A model generated the notes under the pieces. That model saw only the letters and a program-made list of their open reading frames with translations, did not search any database and was not told the DNA's origin. From assembly GCA_951813555.1 (NCBI GenBank), contig OX638344.1, positions 2,854,475-2,918,474 of the forward strand: a DNA stretch of 64,000 nt, given 5' to 3'. Positions 18,572 to 28,717 of the stretch are shown piece by piece. The DNA is from an uncultured Acidimicrobiales bacterium (GTDB taxonomy: Bacteria > Actinomycetota > Acidimicrobiia > Acidimicrobiales > Bin134). The position numbers and the translations under genes are program-made. Position 1 is the first letter of the stretch; each line of letters begins with the position of its first letter.

Positions 18572-19896
18572 GCGTCGATGACCTCGGTGATCAGCTTCAC
18601 ATCCTCGCGGGGCAACAGCGCAGGGGTGACCCCGATGGCCGGGGCCATCTGGGTGTTGACTCCGCCGCCACCTGCCGGGCCCATCCATAGGAACTGGCCC
18701 TCGAAAGCCACCGCATCGGCGGTTTCCCGGTCATCGCAGCGGGCCGCGATGCGCAGGCGGACCTCGGCCGGTTCGCCGCCGGGAAGCTGGCCCTCGAACA
18801 GAGCGCTCACTCCGTGGAGGTCATAACGGATCTCGTCGATGCCCGACTGAAACGGCTCCAACCGCTTGGCCACCACCTCGGCGCCCAGGTGGGCCCGCTC
18901 AACGCAGCCCGGGCCGCCGTAGGAGATCTCGGTCACCACCTTCCATCCCTCGTCTACGCCAACCAGTACCTTGAGCGTGTCGGGGCGGGGACGACCCGTC
19001 GCACCACCGACCCGCACCCGATCAGGGCCGATCTCCTCCACCCACACTTGGGTGAAGTCCGCGGTGCTGTCTGGGGTGAGGTAGGCCGCCGGGTCGTGGA
19101 TCTCGTAGGCCAGCTGGGTCTTCATGGTGCCGATGTCCACCGCCCCGCCGGTGCCCTCCAGCTTGGTGATGATCAGCTCGTCTTCGCTCACGTGGGCCAG
19201 AGGAAATCCGAGGTGGACGATGTCGTCGAGCACCCGGTAGGGAGGATCGACGTAGTTCCCACCGGTGGCATGAGTGCCGCACTCCAGCAGGTGGGCAACC
19301 AGGGTTGCGGTGCCCATCTTGTCCCAGTCATCCAGCGCCCAGCCCATCTCATAGGCGATTGGACCTACATAGAGCGAAGGGTCGGCGATGCGGCCGCCGA
19401 GGATGAACTGCGCTCCTTCGTCCAGGAGTTCCACGATGGGATCGGCCCCAATGTAGGCGTTGGCCGACACCACCCGGGCGGCGATGGCCTGGGCGGTCAC
19501 CCCCATCTCGGGCAGCTCCAGATCCTGATCGAGCACATGGTCGAGCACGTCGTCGCCGTGGATCACCCCGACCCGCACCCCGGTGACACCGTTGAGCTTC
19601 AAACCCCTCAATACATCGTCGGCCGCCGCAGCAGGATTGGCCGCGCCGAAGTTGCCTACCATCTTCCCGCCTCGCCCCAAGAACCCGGCAAAGCGGCGCA
19701 TGAGTTCGGGAATGCGCTGATCGTGACCGGTGGTCTCGTCATCCAGGCGGCGCACATGGGCTAGCGCCATGGTCCGCTCGGCCAGGCAGTCGAATCCCAT
19801 GTGATCAACCAGCCCGCTGTCGGCCAGCTCCTGGGCCCAGTCGAGCCGATCGGTGGAATACGCCGACCCGCTGCCGATGGAAATGCCCTTGCTCAT
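18568..19896 (-). CDS. Acyclic terpene utilisation AtuA-family (DUF1446) protein
   Basis: MSKGISIGSGSAYSTDRLDWAQELADSGLVDHMGFDCLAERTMALA. Its ATG overlaps the CoxL-like stop (ATGA at 19893-19896). The 141 upstream codons in the track ORF are an artefact. Confidence 0.7.
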   Translation of the reverse strand: MSKGISIGSGSAYSTDRLDWAQELADSGLVDHMGFDCLAERTMALAHVRRLDDETTGHDQRIPELMRRFAGFLGRGGKMVGNFGAANPAAAADDVLRGLKLNGVTGVRVGVIHGDDVLDHVLDQDLELPEMGVTAQAIAARVVSANAYIGADPIVELLDEGAQFILGGRIADPSLYVGPIAYEMGWALDDWDKMGTATLVAHLLECGTHATGGNYVDPPYRVLDDIVHLGFPLAHVSEDELIITKLEGTGGAVDIGTMKTQLAYEIHDPAAYLTPDSTADFTQVWVEEIGPDRVRVGGATGRPRPDTLKVLVGVDEGWKVVTEISYGGPGCVERAHLGAEVVAKRLEPFQSGIDEIRYDLHGVSALFEGQLPGGEPAEVRLRIAARCDDRETADAVAFEGQFLWMGPAGGGGVNTQMAPAIGVTPALLPREDVKLITEVIDA

Positions 19897-22238
19897 TGCC
19901 GAGCGCTCCGGATGAGTTCGAAGACTTCGCGGGGACCGAGGGGAAAGGTCTCCACCTGCAAGCCGAGGGGGGCCAGAGCGTCGGCCACCGCATTGGCCAC
20001 CGCAGCGGGGGCTCCGATGGTGCCGCCCTCCCCCATCCCCTTGAAGCCGCCCTCGGTGTTCGACGGCGTCTCGATGTGGCCGCACTCGATGGGCGGGAGT
20101 TCGGGGGCGCTGGGTATGAGGTAGTCCATGAAGGTCGATGCCAGGGGGCTGCCCTGGTCGTCGTAGGCCATGTTCTCCCACAGTACGCCGCCGATTCCCT
20201 GCACGACGCCGCCGGCTATCTGGCCGTCCACGACCATGGGGTTGATCATGCGCCCGCAGTCCTCGCTGACCACGAAACGCTCCAGACTGACCAGGCCGGT
20301 CTCGATGTCCACCTCGCAAATGCAGATGTGGGTGGCGTTGGAGAACGTGAACACGTTGGGCGGCTGATAACGGTGGCTGGCCTCCAGACCCGGCTCCATG
20401 CCCGGAGGCAGCAGGTCGGTGCTGCGGTAGGCCATCCCGGCAATCTCGGCCAGCGTGACCTGGCGGGCCGGCGTGCCCACCACCGAGGCCACCCCATCGC
20501 TCACCTCTATGTCGGCTATGGCCGCTTCCAAATGGTGGGCGGCAATCTCCACCACCTTGTTGTGCAGGTGACGAGCCGCGCCGATAGCCGCCCCGCCGCC
20601 GATAACCGCTGATCGGCTGCCCCCGGTGCCGGCTCCGAAGGGAGTGGCGGTGGTGTCGCCCTGCATGAACTCGATGTCATCCAGTGCGCACCCCAGATGC
20701 TCGGCCACCAACTGCGACATGGTGGTGGCCAGGCTCTGCCCGTGGTCCCCGCTGCCCATGAGGATGCGCACCTTGCCGCCCGGATCAATCCGGAGCGAGA
20801 CCTGCTCGGTGGCCAACGAAGCCCACGCCATGCCCGATGGCTCCACATAAGAGCTGATGCCCAAACCGAGGTAGCGGCCCTCTTGTCGAGCGTCCCGCTG
20901 ACACTGGCGGAATTCGTCGTAGTCCACCATTTCCGCGGCCTGGTCCAGGCACTCCCGTAGCGACACGTTCTCGTACACCATTCCGGTGGCGGTGGTGTAG
21001 GGAAGCTCGTCGGCAGTGACCGTGTTGCGGCGTCTCAGATCAAGGGGGTCAATGCCCAGTTCACGGGCCACATGGTCCATCATCTGCTCCCGAGCAGTGG
21101 TCTCCGACAGCCAGGGACCCCGGTAGGCGGCCCGCCCCACGGTGTTGGTGTAGGCCGACCGGCTGGCGAACCCGTAGACCGGGATCCGGTACGGGCCGGG
21201 AAAGAAGCGGGCCAAGTTGCCTGATGCGCTGCTGTGCCCCCCCACTGCATAGGCACCGACGTCTTCCACATGGCGCACCCGACAACCGAGTATGCGAGCT
21301 TGGTCGTCCAGCGCCATCGATACTTCGAGCACCTCGGCCCGAGCCTGATTAGCCGCGATCAGGTTCTCGCTGCGGTCCTCGATCCACTTGATCGGCCGGC
21401 CCAGATACCGGCTGGCCAGCACGATGCAATCCTCATCCCGGGTGACCATCATCTTCTGGCCGAACCCGCCGCCAATATCGCCCATGCGCACATGAACCTG
21501 GTGATTGGCGATCCCGAGCAGGTTGGCGAAGTGGACGTGGTATTCGTGGGGGTTTTGCGACGACACCCATGCTTGGAGGGTGTCGGCAAACGGCGTCCAG
21601 CTAGCGATAATGCCGCGGGGCTCCATCGGCGCGTTGGTGGCCCTCGACTGGGTGAACGTGCGGGTCACCACATGGGCGGCCGACTCGAACACCGCGTCCA
21701 GGTCCGGCGGTTCGGTTGACGGCATCGACTGGGCCTCGTTGGAATCGCGTTCGGGATGGACCAGTTCGGATGCGTTGTCCAGTGCGGCCTGCGCTCCGAT
21801 CACCGGTATCTGCGGCTCGATGTCCACCTCAACCAGATCGGCCGCATCCCAGGCGGCATAGGGGCTATCGGCCACCACCACGGCGATGGGCTCGCCCACA
21901 TAGCGGACATCCCCATCGGCAAGAGCCCGCAGCGGCGGATAGGGCACTTGGTCGCCGATCAACGCGGCAAACATCGGCCCGGCCAACCGATTCAGCTCTG
22001 CGGCGGTCAGCACATCGACAACGCGAGGATGGGCCTCGGCCGCCTTGTTGTCGATGCTCCGAATCACTCCTCTAGCCACACTGCTGCGGACGAACCGGGC
22101 ATGAAGCATTCCCGGCACTCCCATGTTGGCGATGTAGGTGCCCCGTCCGGCGGTGAGCCGCCGGTCTTCTCGGCGGAGAATGCGCTGTCCGACGAACCTT
22201 CCGGCGCTCACTTCGTCACCGCGCCAGGCAGCCGCCAT
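19893..22238 (-). CDS. Xanthine dehydrogenase / CO dehydrogenase (CoxL)-family molybdopterin-binding large subunit
   Basis: 781 aa. N-terminus GQRILRREDRRLTAGRGTY, plus AAYRGPW and GFKGMGEGGTIGAPAAVANAV near the C-terminus. No FeS or FAD subunit gene is adjacent. Confidence 0.85.
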   Translation of the reverse strand: MAAAWRGDEVSAGRFVGQRILRREDRRLTAGRGTYIANMGVPGMLHARFVRSSVARGVIRSIDNKAAEAHPRVVDVLTAAELNRLAGPMFAALIGDQVPYPPLRALADGDVRYVGEPIAVVVADSPYAAWDAADLVEVDIEPQIPVIGAQAALDNASELVHPERDSNEAQSMPSTEPPDLDAVFESAAHVVTRTFTQSRATNAPMEPRGIIASWTPFADTLQAWVSSQNPHEYHVHFANLLGIANHQVHVRMGDIGGGFGQKMMVTRDEDCIVLASRYLGRPIKWIEDRSENLIAANQARAEVLEVSMALDDQARILGCRVRHVEDVGAYAVGGHSSASGNLARFFPGPYRIPVYGFASRSAYTNTVGRAAYRGPWLSETTAREQMMDHVARELGIDPLDLRRRNTVTADELPYTTATGMVYENVSLRECLDQAAEMVDYDEFRQCQRDARQEGRYLGLGISSYVEPSGMAWASLATEQVSLRIDPGGKVRILMGSGDHGQSLATTMSQLVAEHLGCALDDIEFMQGDTTATPFGAGTGGSRSAVIGGGAAIGAARHLHNKVVEIAAHHLEAAIADIEVSDGVASVVGTPARQVTLAEIAGMAYRSTDLLPPGMEPGLEASHRYQPPNVFTFSNATHICICEVDIETGLVSLERFVVSEDCGRMINPMVVDGQIAGGVVQGIGGVLWENMAYDDQGSPLASTFMDYLIPSAPELPPIECGHIETPSNTEGGFKGMGEGGTIGAPAAVANAVADALAPLGLQVETFPLGPREVFELIRSARQ

Positions 22239-22273
22239 CGACCGGCAAGAAAATCCCCATGACGCTCACTGTG

Positions 22274-23053
22274 TCATCGTGCCAGGTAGCCGCCGTCGAC
22301 CGGCAAAGTGACCCCGGTCACGAAGCTGCTGGCGTCGCTGGCCAAGAACAGGGCCACTTCGGCGATCTCCTCGGGTTGGGACGGGCGTTGCAGCGGCACC
22401 GAGGTCTCCAGGAACTCCTTCATGAGGGGCTTGACGTCGGTACCAGGCTCCCGCCCGAAGAACAACGGCAGCATGGGGGTGTCTACCGGGCCGGGGCAGA
22501 TGACGTTCACCCGGACGTTGGGGGCCAGCGCCAGGGCCAGGGATTTCCCGAACGTGACGATTGCCCCCTTGGTCATCGAGTAGAGCGGCGAGAACGGAGA
22601 GCCCACCACGCCCGACGTCGAGGCAGTGAGGATGACCGATGCATTGCCCGACGCCTCCAACAAGGGCACGGCCCGGGCAACGGTGAAAAAGGCCGACTTC
22701 ATGTTGATGGCCGCGGTCTCGTCGTAGTCGGCCTCGCTCATGTCGAGCCCGGCGGGACCGGGAATGCCGGCGTGGGCATAGAGCACGTCGATCTTGTGGT
22801 GGATAGAGCCGACCTCGGCCATCAGCGCCTCGATCTGGGCCACGTTGCTGACATCGAGCACGAACGAGCTGGCCGATCCCCCGGCCGCCGCTATCAGATC
22901 CACTGTCTCCCCAGCCGCTTCGCCGCGGATATCGGCCACCACCACATGGGCGCCCTCGCCGGCCATGCGGAGAGCAGCAGCCCGACCCATTCCCGAGCCG
23001 GACGCGGTGATCACTGCCACCCGTCCTTCCAGCACTCCCATATCAACCCCCAA
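22274..23053 (-). CDS. SDR family oxidoreductase
   Basis: VAVITASGSGMGRA, YSMTKGA, PGPVDTPM. The start may instead be 23041. Confidence 0.85.
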   Translation of the reverse strand: MGVDMGVLEGRVAVITASGSGMGRAAALRMAGEGAHVVVADIRGEAAGETVDLIAAAGGSASSFVLDVSNVAQIEALMAEVGSIHHKIDVLYAHAGIPGPAGLDMSEADYDETAAINMKSAFFTVARAVPLLEASGNASVILTASTSGVVGSPFSPLYSMTKGAIVTFGKSLALALAPNVRVNVICPGPVDTPMLPLFFGREPGTDVKPLMKEFLETSVPLQRPSQPEEIAEVALFLASDASSFVTGVTLPVDGGYLAR

Positions 23054-23071
23054 GCGACGCAGCCGCGTCGC
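23054..23071. promoter_or_regulatory. Inverted repeat GCGACGC-agcc-GCGTCGC in a divergent intergenic region
   Basis: 7-bp perfect arms at 23054-23060 and 23065-23071, directly upstream of the SDR start and divergent from the amidohydrolase operon. Function unknown. Confidence 0.25.
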
Positions 23072-23174
23072 CGGCCGCTAGTTCCAATCTGTACGGGCAG
23101 GGATGCTACCCGAACGGCGAGAACCTACTATTCGCGACAGCGCCTACCTAAGAAGGCCCACGAGAGAGAACGCT

Positions 23175-24431
23175 ATGGACCCACACGACCCGCTTGACGG
23201 CTTGAAGATCATCGACTGCGACTCCCATTTCACCGAGCCGCCCGAGCTGTGGACATCGCGGGCCCCGGCAGCAATGCAAGACCGGGTACCGGTGCAGAAG
23301 ACCGTCAACGGCGTCACCGCCTGGTACCTCGACGGCGAGCTGTGGGCCAGCACCGGCGGCAACACCATCCAGACCGGCCACGAGAAGATCCTCGGCAGCC
23401 ATGTGGTCCAGCCCTTCGACATCATCGACACCAGTGCCTGGGCGGTGAAGGAACGACTCGAGCTATGCGACGAGATGGGGGTCCATGCCCAGATCCTGTA
23501 CCCCAATGGCGTCGGCTTCTCCTCGAACCACGTCTTCGCCATCGAGGAACTGGCCCAGCGGCGGATGGTTCTGGAGATCTACAACGACTTCTTCGTCGAC
23601 GTGCAGCACGAGTCCAACGGCCGCTTATTCCCCCAGGCCATGCTCCCCATCTGGGACATGGAATTCACCGTGGCTGAGATGACCCGACTGCTGGACAAGG
23701 GCATCACCGGGTTCACCCTCTCCGACAAACCCGAGATGGTGGGCCTTCCCGAGCTGTGGGAGCCCTATTTCGAGCCCATGTGGGACGTGTTCAACCAAAC
23801 GGGGGCGGTGGCCAACTTCCACATCGGTGCCGGCATGAGCCGGGCCGAGATGGAGACCATCCGGGGCGCCCGCTTCCAACAGGCCCGAGTGGGCGGCAAG
23901 GTCGGCCCTGAGGATCTGCCCCGTCCCATCCCCTCCGCCCCCAAGACCTGGTGGGGCCAGTTCGACCACCAGCGGCGGCTGGCCATCCACGCCACCCAGA
24001 TGTACATGAGCAACGTGCGCATCATCGTCAACCTGTGCATGAGCGACTTGTTCGACCGCTACCCCAACCTCAAAGTCGTCTCGGCGGAGAGCGGCATCGG
24101 CTGGGTCCCGTTCATCCTCGAAGCCCTCGAGTACCAGTACGACGAGATGGTCACCGAGGCCCACGAGGTGGCCCTCAACGCCCGTCGGCCCCGGGAGTAC
24201 TTCAACGACCACATCTGGGTCATGTTCTGGTTCGAGAAATCGGCCCCGGCCAAGCTCATCGAAGAAGTCGGGGTCAACAACGTGCTGGTGGAGACCGACG
24301 TCCCCCACCCGACGTGCCTGTACCCGTCCACCCGGGAGCATTTCGCCCGAGTGCTGGCCGACGTCGACCCCCATATCCGGCGACGAGTGCTCCAGGACAA
24401 CGCCGCCGAGCTCTACGGCATCACTGTCTAG
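23175..24431 (+). CDS. Amidohydrolase-family protein (ACMSD/amidohydrolase-2-like)
   Basis: MDPHDPLDGLKIIDCDSHFTEPPELW and VETDVPHPTC motifs. ATG at 23175. Confidence 0.8.
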   Translation: MDPHDPLDGLKIIDCDSHFTEPPELWTSRAPAAMQDRVPVQKTVNGVTAWYLDGELWASTGGNTIQTGHEKILGSHVVQPFDIIDTSAWAVKERLELCDEMGVHAQILYPNGVGFSSNHVFAIEELAQRRMVLEIYNDFFVDVQHESNGRLFPQAMLPIWDMEFTVAEMTRLLDKGITGFTLSDKPEMVGLPELWEPYFEPMWDVFNQTGAVANFHIGAGMSRAEMETIRGARFQQARVGGKVGPEDLPRPIPSAPKTWWGQFDHQRRLAIHATQMYMSNVRIIVNLCMSDLFDRYPNLKVVSAESGIGWVPFILEALEYQYDEMVTEAHEVALNARRPREYFNDHIWVMFWFEKSAPAKLIEEVGVNNVLVETDVPHPTCLYPSTREHFARVLADVDPHIRRRVLQDNAAELYGITV

Positions 24432-24440
24432 GAGCCTCCC

Positions 24441-25520
24441 ATGCAGTTCGGCATGATCATCAGCGACGTGCCGCGTGAGGTTGACCCGATCGAGCAGTTC
24501 GACGGCATCCTGCGCCAAGTGGAGGCCGGACAGCGCAACGGTCTCAGCCATTTCGTCATCGGCCAGCACTTCTTGTACGGCGACCTGCGCTGGCTACAGC
24601 CGGTTCCCCTCCTGGCTCGCCTGGCCGCTGAGATTGACGACAACGTGCGGCTGGCCGCCACCGTGCTCCTGGCCCCCAAGTACCACCCGGTGATCCTGGC
24701 CGAGGAACTGGCCACCCTCGACATCGTTACCCGGGGAAGGCTGGACATCGGCCTAGGACTCGGATACCGGAGCGAAGAGTTCGACTTGATGAATATCCCA
24801 TTCAACAAGCGGGTGAGCCTGTTCGACGAATGCCTCGACATCATGAAGCTGTGCTGGGCCATGGAGGACTTCGACTACCACGGCCAGCATTGGCAGATCC
24901 GGGGAGCTACCCCTCATATCCAATGCGTGCAGCAGCCCCATCCCCCCATCTGGATGGGAGCACACTCCCGCAAGGGGGCTCGGCGGGCTGGTCGAGTGGG
25001 CGACCGCTTCATCATCCCGCCCGAATACGACATCGAAGAGATGCGAGTCCGTTTGGGCATCATGGCCGCCGGATTTGCTGAACGAGGCAAGCCGATGGGC
25101 CACCAACCCCTGCGGCGCAACGCCTTCGTCGGCGCCACAACCGAGGAGGCCATCGCCAGTTTTGTGGAAGTCAGCAAAGACCGCTATCTCACCTACGCCC
25201 GCAAGGAGCTCGACATATTGGATGAGGAAGCTCTCGTGAACAATTTCTTCGACGAGGTGAAAGGCTCGGTGGCCGTTGGCACGGCCCAAGAGGTGATCGA
25301 CCACTTCACCGAGGTGGCCCGAGAACTGCCGATAGACCCGTTCGTGGTCAAGCCCCAATGGCCCGAAATGCACATAGACGAGGTGATCGACTATCTCGAC
25401 ATCATGGGCCGCGAGGTCATACCCGCGCTGGCCGAAGTCCCGCCTATGCCCATCGAGGACATTCCTGCTTCGCTGGCTCCCGTGGCCGATGAGGTCGCCG
25501 AGGCATTGGAGGCCATGTGA
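24441..25520 (+). CDS. LLM-class flavin-dependent oxidoreductase
   Basis: MQFGMIIS...RLAATVLLAPKYHPVILAEELATLDIVTRGRLDIGLGLGYR is a typical luciferase-like core. It starts 10 nt after the amidohydrolase gene. Confidence 0.85.
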   Translation: MQFGMIISDVPREVDPIEQFDGILRQVEAGQRNGLSHFVIGQHFLYGDLRWLQPVPLLARLAAEIDDNVRLAATVLLAPKYHPVILAEELATLDIVTRGRLDIGLGLGYRSEEFDLMNIPFNKRVSLFDECLDIMKLCWAMEDFDYHGQHWQIRGATPHIQCVQQPHPPIWMGAHSRKGARRAGRVGDRFIIPPEYDIEEMRVRLGIMAAGFAERGKPMGHQPLRRNAFVGATTEEAIASFVEVSKDRYLTYARKELDILDEEALVNNFFDEVKGSVAVGTAQEVIDHFTEVARELPIDPFVVKPQWPEMHIDEVIDYLDIMGREVIPALAEVPPMPIEDIPASLAPVADEVAEALEAM

Positions 25521-26329
25521 CATCAGCTTCATTCGACGAGGCCATCGCCCACACTCCGTTGGGCGATGGCCTTTTCCGCACCGCCACTCCCCCGTCGTGG
25601 ATGGCCTCGGGCCGTGTTCCCGCCGGGCTCGTGGAGGCGCAATTGATGGCCGGACTCTCGGCCACGGTCGCCGACCCCCAATACCGGCCGCTGTCGTTTA
25701 CCGCCCATCTGCTGCGGGCACCGGGCGAGGGCGACTATGAGGTGCAGACCGAAGTACTGCGCACTGGCCGTACCCTCGTAAGCACGGCGGCCAGAGTGGT
25801 GCAACAGGGCAAGCTGATCGCCGCCGCGTTGGCCAGCTTCGCCACTGACCGGCCCAGCCCGGAGTTCGACGAACTGCCCATGCCCGAGGTGGCACCGCCC
25901 ACCCCAGGACGGGAGACGGACGGATTTGTCCCCGAATTCGCCTTTCCGTACGGCGACAACGTGATCATGCAAGACCGACTCGGACCGAAACCGTTCACCG
26001 CCCCCGATGGGCCTATGGAGCGAGTGGGTTGGGCTGGTTTTACCCAGGCCCGCCCTATAGACGCCCCCGGTCTGCTGATGATCGGCGACATCGGGATGAT
26101 GGGCTGGTGGGTGCGCCTTGACCGCATGTACACCACCGCCACTCTCGACCACACCACGTATTTCCGGGCCGACCTGTCCACCGTGCAGGCCGACGACATG
26201 GTGCTGTTGCGGTCGCGCACCGGGCTGGTGCGGGGCGGCTACCTCGACTGGGACCTGGACATCTGGGCACCCGACGGCACGCTTCTGTGTCAGTCGCGCC
26301 AGATCCTGGCCATCCTCGGACCAAGCTGA
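25517..26329 (+). CDS. Acyl-CoA thioesterase-like (TesB-type double hotdog) protein
   Basis: 270 aa. The pattern ...GRVPAGLVEAQLMAGL...FTAHLLRAP...VLRTGRTLVSTAARVVQ resembles TesB-like thioesterases. GTG start overlaps the LLM stop (GTGA). Confidence 0.65.
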   Translation: MTSASFDEAIAHTPLGDGLFRTATPPSWMASGRVPAGLVEAQLMAGLSATVADPQYRPLSFTAHLLRAPGEGDYEVQTEVLRTGRTLVSTAARVVQQGKLIAAALASFATDRPSPEFDELPMPEVAPPTPGRETDGFVPEFAFPYGDNVIMQDRLGPKPFTAPDGPMERVGWAGFTQARPIDAPGLLMIGDIGMMGWWVRLDRMYTTATLDHTTYFRADLSTVQADDMVLLRSRTGLVRGGYLDWDLDIWAPDGTLLCQSRQILAILGPS

Positions 26330-26330
26330 C

Positions 26331-27518
26331 ATGACCCAGCCGGAGCCGCTTCGCATCGCGGATTTTTCGACCCACATGTCGGGCCCGCTGGCCTCGCACC
26401 TCCTGGTGGAGATGGGCGCCGACGTCATCAAGGTCGAACACCCTGTTCAGGGCGACGGCAATCGGGGAAATGAGCCCAAGATCGCCGGGATCAGCGACCT
26501 GCACCTCGCCCTCAACCCCGGCACCCGCAGCATCGCCGTGAGCACCCGCTCGCCCCACTGGCCCGACGTGGTGGCCGGGGTCACCGGGTGGGCCGATGCG
26601 GTAATCGTCGGCTCCCGCCCGAAGGACGCCGTCCGCCGGGGCCTGGACTTCCACACCCTGCTCGAGGCCAACCCTGAGCTGGTGTACTGCGTGATCTCGG
26701 GCTACGGATTGACGGGACCGTGGGCCGAGTACAAGGCCCATGGTCAGAACATGGATGCGCTGGCCGGACGGGTCGACATTGAGTGGAACGACGGCCAGCC
26801 CCAGACCAGGGTCGGATGGCGCTCAGCCGGCGTGCTGCTGGCCGGCGTCTTCGGCGCCATGGGGGTGCTGGCCGCCATCGTGAAGCGAGACCGGGGTGGC
26901 GGGCCGCAGTTCGTGCACACCTCCATCTGGAACACCGCGCTGTGGTGGAACTGGCGCGACGTGAACACCTGGGCCAACAACGACGAGCCTTGGCACGAGT
27001 ACCGCTCGCTCGGTTCCCGCTACTCCATGTACGCCGCCTCCGACGCCCGGGCGCTGCTCATCTGCCCGCTGGAGAAGATCGCCTGGGAGCGATTCTGCGA
27101 CTTGGCCGGGCTGGACGGACTCCGATCGCGGGGTGAGTGGACCCACAGCATGGACTTCGGTTACGACGACGAGTTCCCGCTGATTGCCGAGGCTTTCAGC
27201 CGCCGCACTTTCAACGAGTGGAACCGCCTTCTCGACGAGGCAGAGATCCCGTTCGCCCCGATTCTGACCCTTAGTGAGGCAGTGAACAGTGAGCACGCCC
27301 AGCTCAATCGGGTTCTGCGGGGAACCGAGGTTCCTGGAGGCCGGGCCCAAATGGCGGCCTCGCCGGTGCAGCTCTCCTCCGATCCTGATGAGGCTGCTCA
27401 ACCCGACCTCGCCGACCTGCCGCCACCCCCCGACCTCGGTGCCGACACCGACGAGGTCCTGGCCGAAGTCGGCTTAGGCAAGCTCGTCGGTGAAGACCTC
27501 TCAGGAGGACTCGCATGA
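26331..27518 (+). CDS. CoA-transferase family III (CaiB/BaiF) protein
   Basis: MTQPEPLRIADFSTHMSGPLASHLLVEMGADVIKVEHP is the canonical family III N-terminus. The ATG lies 2 nt after the thioesterase stop. Confidence 0.85.
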   Translation: MTQPEPLRIADFSTHMSGPLASHLLVEMGADVIKVEHPVQGDGNRGNEPKIAGISDLHLALNPGTRSIAVSTRSPHWPDVVAGVTGWADAVIVGSRPKDAVRRGLDFHTLLEANPELVYCVISGYGLTGPWAEYKAHGQNMDALAGRVDIEWNDGQPQTRVGWRSAGVLLAGVFGAMGVLAAIVKRDRGGGPQFVHTSIWNTALWWNWRDVNTWANNDEPWHEYRSLGSRYSMYAASDARALLICPLEKIAWERFCDLAGLDGLRSRGEWTHSMDFGYDDEFPLIAEAFSRRTFNEWNRLLDEAEIPFAPILTLSEAVNSEHAQLNRVLRGTEVPGGRAQMAASPVQLSSDPDEAAQPDLADLPPPPDLGADTDEVLAEVGLGKLVGEDLSGGLA

Positions 27519-28714
27519 CGAGGCCCCTCGATGGCATCCGAGTGTTGGACTTCACCCGTCACATGGCCGGCCCCTACGGCACCATGATTTTGGGGGACTA
27601 CGGGGCCGACATCATCAAGGTGGAGAGCCTCCCCCACGGCGACGGCAGCCGAGGTGTCGGAACCGCGTTCGTCGATGGGGAGAGCGCCCTATTCCTCATC
27701 TGGAACCGGGGCAAGCGCAGCCTCGCTATAGACATGCGCAAACCCGAGGGGCTCGAGGCCGTTTACCGGCTGGCCGCCACCGTCGATGTGGTGTTCACCA
27801 GCTACCGGCCCGGTGTCGCCGACGAGATTGGCATCGGCTACGACGCCCTGTCGGCCATCAACGATCAGATCGTGTATGTCTCCCTCACCGCCTTCGGCTC
27901 CGATGGTCCGCTGGCCCCCTTCCCGGGAACCGATCCGGTGGTCCAGGCGGTCTCGGGGGTGATGTCGGTGACCGGTGAGCCTGACCGGGGACCCAACCTG
28001 GTCGGTGTCCCGATGGCCGACTTCACTGGAGCCTTGGTGAGCGCCCAAGCGGTCATGCTCGGGCTGTTCGCCCGACAGCAAACCGGCAAGGGCCAGATGA
28101 TCGACGTCTCGATGCTGTTTGCTCTGATGTCGTCGCTGACCACCCGTCTGGCTTCGCACTGGGTGGACGGCGATGATCCGGAGCGCTACGGCAGCGCTCA
28201 CAGCGTGGTGGTGCCCTATGAGGCTTTCCAAACCGCCGATGGCTACATCGTGGCCGGGGTATGGGGCGGCGCAGACGGGTGGGAGCGCTTCTGCCAGTCC
28301 ATCGGCGAGCCGGAGTTGGCCACCGACGAGCGCTACCTGACCAACCAGCAGCGGGTGGACGCCCGGGTTGAGCTCACCGAGTACCTGCAAGGCATCTTCA
28401 TAACCCGGACCAGCGCCGAGTGGGAGGAGTCGTTCAACCAACACCGCGGGCTGTTCGGGTCGGTCCACACCTTTTCGCAGATCCTCAACCATCCCCAGGT
28501 GCAGCAGGCCGGACTGGTGCAGTCGGTGGAACACGCCACCCTCGGCGAGATTCCCCAGTTGGGCCCGGTGATCGGCCTGCACGACACCCCCGGCGCGATC
28601 ACCGGCCCCCCACCGGTGCTGGGCCAGCACAGCGAGGAGATCCTGGCCGAAGCGGGCTACAGCCGAGAGGAAATCGCGGCCTTGATGGAGGCAGGGGTGG
28701 TCGGCTCGGCCTGA
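27515..28714 (+). CDS. CoA-transferase family III (CaiB/BaiF) protein, second copy
   Basis: LDGIRVLDFTRHMAGPYGTMILGDYGADIIKVE. ATGA overlap with the preceding CaiB gene. Confidence 0.88.
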   Translation: MTRPLDGIRVLDFTRHMAGPYGTMILGDYGADIIKVESLPHGDGSRGVGTAFVDGESALFLIWNRGKRSLAIDMRKPEGLEAVYRLAATVDVVFTSYRPGVADEIGIGYDALSAINDQIVYVSLTAFGSDGPLAPFPGTDPVVQAVSGVMSVTGEPDRGPNLVGVPMADFTGALVSAQAVMLGLFARQQTGKGQMIDVSMLFALMSSLTTRLASHWVDGDDPERYGSAHSVVVPYEAFQTADGYIVAGVWGGADGWERFCQSIGEPELATDERYLTNQQRVDARVELTEYLQGIFITRTSAEWEESFNQHRGLFGSVHTFSQILNHPQVQQAGLVQSVEHATLGEIPQLGPVIGLHDTPGAITGPPPVLGQHSEEILAEAGYSREEIAALMEAGVVGSA

Positions 28715-28717
28715 ACC

